Below, piece after piece: positions 34,147 to 39,792 of a stretch of DNA of 39,792 bases. The first letter of the stretch is position 1. Every line of letters begins with the position of its first letter. Location: IMG/VR virus record IMGVR_UViG_3300043468_000422; one strand, written 5' to 3'. This DNA is from a virus. The notes beneath the pieces are model-generated. The model did no database searches, had not been told where the DNA came from, and saw only the letters and a program-made list of their open reading frames with translations. The position numbers and the translations under genes are program-made.

Positions 34147-34260
34147 ATGCCTAAAGTTGGAAAAATGAAATTCCCTTACACCGCCAAAGGTAAGGCTGAC
34201 GCAAAGAAAATGGCCAAGAAGATGGACAAACCGATGATGAAGGCCAAGAAAAAGAAGTAA
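34147..34260 (+). CDS. 37-aa Lys-rich peptide
   Basis: RBS gaaagga. MPKVGKMKFPYTAKGKADAKKMAKKMDKPMMKAKKKK. Its stop abuts ATG 34261. Confidence 0.45.
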   Translation: MPKVGKMKFPYTAKGKADAKKMAKKMDKPMMKAKKKK

Positions 34261-35145
34261 ATGTCTACTGCTGGTGCGCTCATCAACAGGGTGTCACGGC
34301 AACTGTTATCTGGAACGATTGAGGAACGGAACAAGTTAGCAACAACCGTTACATCGTCAGATACTTCTATTGTCATGTCTTATGACTTGGCTGGTTTGCG
34401 CGCTGGATCGGTGTTTGAGATTGATTCGGAACTCATGTATATCTGGGTTGCTGAGTCAGGTTCTAAGACTTTGACTGTTGAGCGAGGCTATTTGGGTACG
34501 ACTGCTGCTGCACATACGGCTGGCGCACTTGCTATTTTGAACCCACGTTTCCCACAACAACAACTGTTGGATTCGTTCAACCAGGAACTAGATGATTTGT
34601 CTAGCCCATCTAACGGTTTGTTTCGGGTGGTTGCAGCGAATGTTGATTACAACGGTTCTGACCGTCAGGTTAACTTGACTAGCGCAACCACGATTATCGA
34701 TTTGATTGATGTGCGTTTACGCTATTTATCTTCTGATTATCCGGTGTTGCGTGGGGTTCGTTTGTCAAGGGATTTGCCTACATCCGATTTTGCGTCAGGG
34801 TTTGCTTTAACTTTTGATGAGGTGTCTATGGCAGGTACTTTGCGTGTTCGATATAAGGCACCATTTGTTCGTGCGTCTAGTACGTCGTCAGATATTCAGT
34901 CGGTTTGTTTGTTGCCGATAAACATGGAAGATATTGTTGAGATGGGTGTGATGGCTCGCATGTTGTCTGTGCGTGAAGTAAAACGTAACTTCATTGAATC
35001 GCAAGGTGACACTCGTAGATCAGATGAGGTTCCTGCTGGTTCTATTGCTAATTCGGTTACAAACATTTTGAGGTTGCGTCGTGATCGCATTATTGCTGAG
35101 GCTTCTAAACTGGCTCGACAATATCCGTTAACCATTAGGGTTTAA
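34261..35145 (+). CDS. Virion structural protein (adaptor/tail, by position)
   Basis: 294 aa. Motif TLTVERGYLGTTAAAHTAGA is shared with the 36989..37498 product. Confidence 0.75.
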   Translation: MSTAGALINRVSRQLLSGTIEERNKLATTVTSSDTSIVMSYDLAGLRAGSVFEIDSELMYIWVAESGSKTLTVERGYLGTTAAAHTAGALAILNPRFPQQQLLDSFNQELDDLSSPSNGLFRVVAANVDYNGSDRQVNLTSATTIIDLIDVRLRYLSSDYPVLRGVRLSRDLPTSDFASGFALTFDEVSMAGTLRVRYKAPFVRASSTSSDIQSVCLLPINMEDIVEMGVMARMLSVREVKRNFIESQGDTRRSDEVPAGSIANSVTNILRLRRDRIIAEASKLARQYPLTIRV

Positions 35146-35146
35146 C

Positions 35147-36979
35147 GTGGCATACGTTTTAGATTTTAGTAGCCCGTTTCTTGGTGGTGCATCGTTTTAT
35201 ACGGGTACTGGTACAACGCAACTTGTTCCGTATGTTTTCCCTGTGGCTGTTAACGGTCGACCATATTTGATTGATATTAAATCTAATGATTTCACACGGC
35301 AGTTTGATGCGCGTGTGCGTGATTCGGTTGACCAGTCGGCTGAACCTGGTGAGGCTGCTATCAACCCGCAAGGTTTGTGGAGGCGTTCACAGTCGTCTTG
35401 GCATTATGGTGCAGGTCAAAACTATTCGGATACCGCTGACGCTGAGGCATACCGTTTCCGTTCTAGTAAGGGTGTAAATGTTTGGGATCGTGGCAAGTTG
35501 TCGTTATTGAAAGACACTACCCAAATCCTGGCTGATGCTGCTGCGACATTAAAATCTATTGTTGCTGGCACACGCTTGTATGTGGCTTCGGGTGGCAATG
35601 TCACGTTCTATACGAGCCTTACTGCTAGCCCTACATCGTGTACTTCTGAACCTGCTGGCAATGTTAGTTCAATGACAAGCGACGGTTACAACGTATGGGT
35701 TGGTTTTGCATCTCACGGTATTCATGTAACCAACACCTCTACGGGTGCGTTCAGTTCATACATCTCAGGCACAGACACGTTCACCAAAATCAAATACACT
35801 AAAGGCCGTTTGATGGCTGCTGCTGGTGCCACGATCTACAACTTTATTAGTTCGGGCGGTCCAGGCGCAGGGTTGTTCACTCACGGAAACAGCACTTGGT
35901 CATGGGTGGGGTTTGCTGGTGGACAAAATCATATTTATGCAGCAGGGTACGCAGGTCAAACATCGTTGATTTACAAGACAACTATCAAAACAGATGGATC
36001 GGCTCTGGATGCACCAACTGTGGCAGCCGAACTACCTGAAGGCGAAATCGTCACAGCAATAGATTCGTATTTGGGTTATGTGCTAATCGGTACAACCACA
36101 GGGTTCAGGTTTGCGTCATCAGATGACAACGGCAACCTTGTTGTAGGACCATTGATCGAGGTTGGACAGGTGGATGCGTTTGCTTCACAAGGTCGGTTTG
36201 TTTGGTTCTCATACAAGAACCTTGATGCGACATCTACAGGCTTGGGGCGTATGGACATCAGTTCACAGGTTGCCACCAACCAGCCTGCTTGGGCAGCAGA
36301 TTTGATGGTCGCAGGTCAAGGTGCTGTGCCTTCGATCAGTTTGTACGGTACACGCCCAGTGTTCACGGTTACAGGACTTGGTGTTTATTGTGAGCATGCC
36401 ACCGATCTTGTTGCGTCAGGGACATTGGATTCGGGTATTTACCGTTGGGGTGTACCGGACAGCAAGTTTGTTCCTAAATGGGATTTGCGTACCGAACAGT
36501 TGAATGGTTCTATTTCGTTGGCGGTGGCTTCTGATGGTGGGTCGTATGCCACGGTTGGCACACAGTCAATTGCTAACAGTTTGGAATCCACGTTTGATGG
36601 GTTTGAGACAAGAGTTTTTGAGGCTGAAGTTCGGCTTACGATGACACGTTCGGCTTCTGCCACAGTAGGTCCTGTGTTGACAAGGTGGATGGGTCGGGCG
36701 TATGCAGCCCCATTGCGTTCCCAAATTTTTAGTGTTCCTTTGTTGTTGCACCACAAAATCAACGTAAAAGGTCGAGACTACTTTTTTGATGTGGATGATG
36801 AATTGTTCCGTTTGCGATCTTTGGTGGAAACCCCTTCGGTCATCACCTATCAGGAGAACTTGGATACCTATTCGGTGATTGTTGAAGATGTGCGCTGGCA
36901 ACCTGTGGACTCGGCTCATTCCCATAACGAATGGGATTGGGATGGCACATGTACGATAATTATGCGTAGTGTAAGATAA
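35147..36979 (+). CDS. Large tail structural protein (nozzle/tubular-type, by position)
   Basis: GTG start. 610 aa with beta-rich, Gly/Ser/Thr-rich composition. Confidence 0.75.
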   Translation: MAYVLDFSSPFLGGASFYTGTGTTQLVPYVFPVAVNGRPYLIDIKSNDFTRQFDARVRDSVDQSAEPGEAAINPQGLWRRSQSSWHYGAGQNYSDTADAEAYRFRSSKGVNVWDRGKLSLLKDTTQILADAAATLKSIVAGTRLYVASGGNVTFYTSLTASPTSCTSEPAGNVSSMTSDGYNVWVGFASHGIHVTNTSTGAFSSYISGTDTFTKIKYTKGRLMAAAGATIYNFISSGGPGAGLFTHGNSTWSWVGFAGGQNHIYAAGYAGQTSLIYKTTIKTDGSALDAPTVAAELPEGEIVTAIDSYLGYVLIGTTTGFRFASSDDNGNLVVGPLIEVGQVDAFASQGRFVWFSYKNLDATSTGLGRMDISSQVATNQPAWAADLMVAGQGAVPSISLYGTRPVFTVTGLGVYCEHATDLVASGTLDSGIYRWGVPDSKFVPKWDLRTEQLNGSISLAVASDGGSYATVGTQSIANSLESTFDGFETRVFEAEVRLTMTRSASATVGPVLTRWMGRAYAAPLRSQIFSVPLLLHHKINVKGRDYFFDVDDELFRLRSLVETPSVITYQENLDTYSVIVEDVRWQPVDSAHSHNEWDWDGTCTIIMRSVR

Positions 36980-36988
36980 AGGACAACT

Positions 36989-37498
36989 ATGGCTGCTGTA
37001 ACTAGACGACAATACAAAGGTGCTGCTGCACCCACCACGACCTCTAGTGGTTTAAGTACTTCCGACACATCGGTTACTTTGACTGCGACTACAGGCTGGC
37101 CTTCTACTGCTGGTGTTCCGTTTTATGTGGTGATTGATCCAGGTACTTCGTCTGAGGAGAAGTGTTCAGCAACGATTTCGGGTTCTACTTTGACGTTGAC
37201 TCGCGCTCAGGATGATACGACTGCTGTAGCACATAGTTCTGGCGCAACGATCTATCCGGTGTTTACGGCTGATGATGCTGATGAAGTGAACAATATGGCT
37301 GCGACGATGACAACTAAGGGTGACTTGTTGGTTACTACTGGGTCGGCGTTTAATCGTTTGGCTGTTGGAACTAACGGCTATGTCCTCACTGCTGATTCGA
37401 CTGCTACGAACGGTGTAGCATGGGCTGTTACTGCTGCTGCTGGTGGGTTGAATACGTCTACTGAAGGAGCATTTTTCACTATGGATATAGGAGTTTAA
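36989..37498 (+). CDS. Tail fibre / minor tail protein
   Basis: TLTLTRAQDDTTAVAHSSGATIY and KGDLLVTTGSAFNRLAVGTNGYVLTADS...GVAW are patterns common in actinophage minor tail proteins. Confidence 0.75.
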   Translation: MAAVTRRQYKGAAAPTTTSSGLSTSDTSVTLTATTGWPSTAGVPFYVVIDPGTSSEEKCSATISGSTLTLTRAQDDTTAVAHSSGATIYPVFTADDADEVNNMAATMTTKGDLLVTTGSAFNRLAVGTNGYVLTADSTATNGVAWAVTAAAGGLNTSTEGAFFTMDIGV

Positions 37499-37499
37499 T

Positions 37500-37844
37500 A
37501 TGGCATCAGGCGACAGAACAGAATCACGACTTTCGGGTGGTACAGCCCCCGTACAGTTGGGTACTACTTCGACAACGTTGTGTACGGTAACAGCAGGTCA
37601 TACGTTTGTGGTGAAGCAGATTATTATTGCTAATACGGATACGGTTGACCGTACTGTGACTTTGGCTATTGGTACTTCGGCTACGGCTGCTAACAGGTTG
37701 ATGTCGAATTTGCCGATTGGTGCGAATGATGTGATGATTTGGGATACGGCTTTGGTGTTGTTGACTACGGAGACTTTGACTGGTTTGTCGGATACGGCAA
37801 GCAAGGTGAATGTGACTGTTGTTGGTTGGGATAAGACAAACTAG
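37500..37844 (+). CDS. Small tail-associated protein
   Basis: RBS taggag. 114 aa, lying between fibre genes. Confidence 0.65.
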   Translation: MASGDRTESRLSGGTAPVQLGTTSTTLCTVTAGHTFVVKQIIIANTDTVDRTVTLAIGTSATAANRLMSNLPIGANDVMIWDTALVLLTTETLTGLSDTASKVNVTVVGWDKTN

Positions 37845-37846
37845 TT

Positions 37847-38416
37847 ATGGGCATTGATTCTGGCTACGGTGTTGGTTCGTTAAAGACTGGTGTTTGCACT
37901 AGTACTACTCGCCCTGCTGTTCCTTTTGACGGGCAAACAATTTATGAGACTGACACCGATTTAGTAAAAGTTTACAACGGCACAGCGTTTGCTCCTGTTA
38001 GCAGGGTATTGCAAGTTGTTCATTCGCAATACACAACAGCGACCACAACGACTAGTGCAAGTTATGTAACAACAGGTGCTACAGCAACCATTACCCCGTC
38101 ATCTACTTCATCAAAAATACTTGTGATTGCTACAACCACTGCATGGAATAACGGCACAGGCACAGCATGTCATTGGACAATGTTTAGAGGAACTGTGGCT
38201 GGCACAAACTTAGCCACAGGTACAACAGTGGCTGGTGCTGCTTTTATTTATCCACTTATTTATACAAGTGTTGCTATGAACTTTTTAGATAGCCCAAGTA
38301 CTGTATCCGCACAAACTTACACGATGGGTTTTAAGACTGGTAACGGCACAGTTACTGCAACTTCGCAAGTAGATACAACATCGGCACTTATTACACTGAT
38401 GGAGATTTCAGCATGA
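37847..38416 (+). CDS. Receptor-binding / tail-fibre protein paralog 1
   Basis: N-terminal RPAVPFDGQTIYETDTDLVKVYNGTAFAPVS is shared with paralogs 2 and 3. The C-terminal domain is homologous to paralog 3. Confidence 0.8.
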   Translation: MGIDSGYGVGSLKTGVCTSTTRPAVPFDGQTIYETDTDLVKVYNGTAFAPVSRVLQVVHSQYTTATTTTSASYVTTGATATITPSSTSSKILVIATTTAWNNGTGTACHWTMFRGTVAGTNLATGTTVAGAAFIYPLIYTSVAMNFLDSPSTVSAQTYTMGFKTGNGTVTATSQVDTTSALITLMEISA

Positions 38417-38661
38417 CCGATTACATCGCAGTATTAACACACCGTTACGCAGGCAAAGAATGGTCTATTAGCGAAAACGATTACGCAACTCTTGTTTGGC
38501 ACAGTGAAGGAACAAAGCCAAGCAAGGCAACTCTTGATGGTTTGTGGGCGTCAGTTCAACAAGAGATTGCTGACGAAGCAACCGCCAAACTTGCAGCCAA
38601 GCAAGCCGTACTGGACCGTTTAGGCATCACAGCCGACGAAGCAAGGATGTTGCTGTCATGA
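38413..38661 (+). CDS. Small fibre-associated protein, paralog 1
   Basis: ATGA coupling. Paralog of 405..653. Confidence 0.75.
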   Translation: MTDYIAVLTHRYAGKEWSISENDYATLVWHSEGTKPSKATLDGLWASVQQEIADEATAKLAAKQAVLDRLGITADEARMLLS

Positions 38662-39299
38662 CAATTTCTGCTACAACACAAGGTCTACGCATGGGTGTAG
38701 CCACATCTTCGTCTCGACCTACAGTTCCGTTTGATGGTCAAGTTATCAGCGAGACTGATACCGACACGTTGCAGGTGTATAAGGGTACGGCATGGGCACC
38801 AGTTAGCGGACTGACTTTTATTACTGGTGGAAGTTTTACTGCATCAGCAACAGCAAGTTTGCCCACAAATAGTTTTACTTCAACTTACAAAAATTACAAA
38901 GTTATTTACCAGTTAAGCGCTGTATCTGGTGCTAATGCGTTGCGTATTCGTTTTAGAACAGCAGGCACAGACAATTCAACATCTAATTATGAGTTTGCGC
39001 AATTTGGTTACCAGTACGGTGCAACAGCAACAGCAAACAACCAATCTACTGGAGCAGATAATTTGTATCTTGGAAGTTCAATAAGTTATAGCGCATTATC
39101 TATGGATGTTTTGACCCCACAAGCAACGGCGCAAACAATTATGCAAGCAAATGTGAACGGCAATAACGGGTCAGCAGACGCAGCATTTATTTATGATGCA
39201 AGGTTTGTAGCAACTACATCGTTTGACTCTATGACTCTTTATGTGAGTTCTGGAACTATTACAGGTACTTATCGCGTGTACGGATATGGGGACAGTTGA
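38658..39299 (+). CDS. Receptor-binding / tail-fibre protein paralog 2 (different C-terminal domain)
   Basis: ATGA coupling. The N-terminal RPTVPFDGQVISETDTDTLQVYKGTAWAPVS is conserved, but the distal ~160 aa are unrelated to paralogs 1 and 3. Confidence 0.8.
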   Translation: MTISATTQGLRMGVATSSSRPTVPFDGQVISETDTDTLQVYKGTAWAPVSGLTFITGGSFTASATASLPTNSFTSTYKNYKVIYQLSAVSGANALRIRFRTAGTDNSTSNYEFAQFGYQYGATATANNQSTGADNLYLGSSISYSALSMDVLTPQATAQTIMQANVNGNNGSADAAFIYDARFVATTSFDSMTLYVSSGTITGTYRVYGYGDS

Positions 39300-39300
39300 T

Positions 39301-39501
39301 ATGACAACAAAGCCAATTGTTTTTGATGGTGCGGAACATCGTGAAATGACTGATGCGGAGTTTGCCCAATATGAGGCAGACAAAATTACAAACGCAGCAC
39401 AAGCCGATGCTCTTGCTGCTAAAGTCTTAGCCCGTGAAGCGTTGCTCGACCGTTTAGGTATCACCGCTGATGAAGCACAACTATTGTTGGGAGGTTTGTA
39501 A
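39301..39501 (+). CDS. Small fibre-associated protein, paralog 2 (66 aa)
   Basis: ATG 39301 lies 2 nt after the fibre stop. The C-terminal LLDRLGITADEAQLLLGG matches the other two paralogs. Confidence 0.7.
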   Translation: MTTKPIVFDGAEHREMTDAEFAQYEADKITNAAQADALAAKVLAREALLDRLGITADEAQLLLGGL

Positions 39502-39792
39502 TGCCGTTGTCTACTGTTTTGGGTGCGCAGTCGTTGGTTCAGCCTGCTGTTTGTACTACTGCTACTCGTCCTGCGTCACCGTACACAGGTCAAGCAATTT
39601 ATGACACCACTGTTTCGCAGGTGTTGGTGTATAACGGCACAGCGTTTGCTCCTGTTAGCAGAGTATTGCAAGTTGTCCAAGCGACTTTTGCAACTGCTAC
39701 TGCATCAACTTCTACAAGTTATGTAACATCGGGTTTAAGTGCATCTATTACGCCTTCTTCAAATACTTCTAAAGTTTTGGTTATGGTCACAA
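39501..39792 (+). CDS. Receptor-binding / tail-fibre protein paralog 3, N-terminal part (continues at 128..408)
   Basis: TAATG coupling. My translation is MPLSTVLGAQSLVQPAVCTTATRPASPYTGQAIYDTTVSQVLVYNGTAFAPVSRVLQVVQATF... It runs off the window end and is absent from the ORF track. Confidence 0.8.
   Translation, partial: MPLSTVLGAQSLVQPAVCTTATRPASPYTGQAIYDTTVSQVLVYNGTAFAPVSRVLQVVQATFATATASTSTSYVTSGLSASITPSSNTSKVLVMVT
39666..39792. repeat. Exact copy of 1..127
   Basis: Identical by direct comparison. Confidence 0.95.

Noticed and set aside
39666-39792. The terminal 127-nt duplication read as a biological direct terminal repeat.
   Set aside because: It lies in the middle of a fibre gene with a continuous reading frame, and its length equals a standard assembler k-mer. 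Real terminal repeats are expected in non-coding DNA, and the 15.1-16.0 kb region is a better candidate for physical ends. It cannot be fully excluded without read data.
37847-39792. Fibre paralogs considered as a diversity-generating retroelement (template/variable repeat pair) or an invertible shufflon.
   Set aside because: No reverse transcriptase, invertase or recombinase gene is present. Differences between paralogs are spread over all bases rather than adenine-specific. All copies are in direct orientation.
1-39792. Search for an integrase/repressor lysogeny module, CRISPR arrays, toxin-antitoxin pairs and self-splicing elements.
   Set aside because: I saw no tyrosine or serine recombinase motifs, no regularly spaced direct repeats with unique spacers, and no intein or intron-like interruptions of conserved motifs in the terminase, portal or methyltransferase. 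These absences are judged by eye only.

Overview
This window is a complete, circularly closed genome of a tailed dsDNA phage. The first 127 nt are identical to the last 127 nt, leaving about 39,665 bp of unique sequence. Every convincing gene is on the + strand, and many neighbours are translationally coupled through ATGA, TAATG or GTGA start/stop overlaps. A WhiB-family regulator, TTGACA/TANNNT-type promoters and an M15 endolysin point to an Actinomycetota host.

Gene order in window coordinates:
- Receptor-binding cassette 3, which spans the circular junction.
- A secreted mucin-like anchored protein.
- A lysis cassette (2.1-3.2 kb).
- Small early genes plus a metallophosphoesterase.
- A recombination module: YqaJ-type exonuclease, Rad52-like annealase, Hjc-type resolvase.
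- A secreted SLT/Rpf-like transglycosylase coupled to WhiB.
- A C5 cytosine methyltransferase with an oversized target-recognition region.
- An A+C-skewed cassette of about 10-11 genes of unknown function (11.4-15.1 kb). This is my best candidate for an undescribed system.
- About 0.9 kb of non-coding DNA with an abrupt skew reversal.
- Terminase large subunit with an N-terminal HTH extension, then portal.
- A giant 1677-aa virion protein and three more large proteins.
- Scaffold and major capsid protein, followed by a strong terminator.
- A 20-aa-repeat protein and a glycosyltransferase.
- Adaptor/tail proteins and three tandem receptor-binding-protein plus small-protein cassettes.

I recognised no integrase, tape measure, DNA polymerase, primase, helicase, tRNA, CRISPR array or reverse transcriptase. 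All functional calls rest on motif recognition by eye and gene order. No database search or computation was run.
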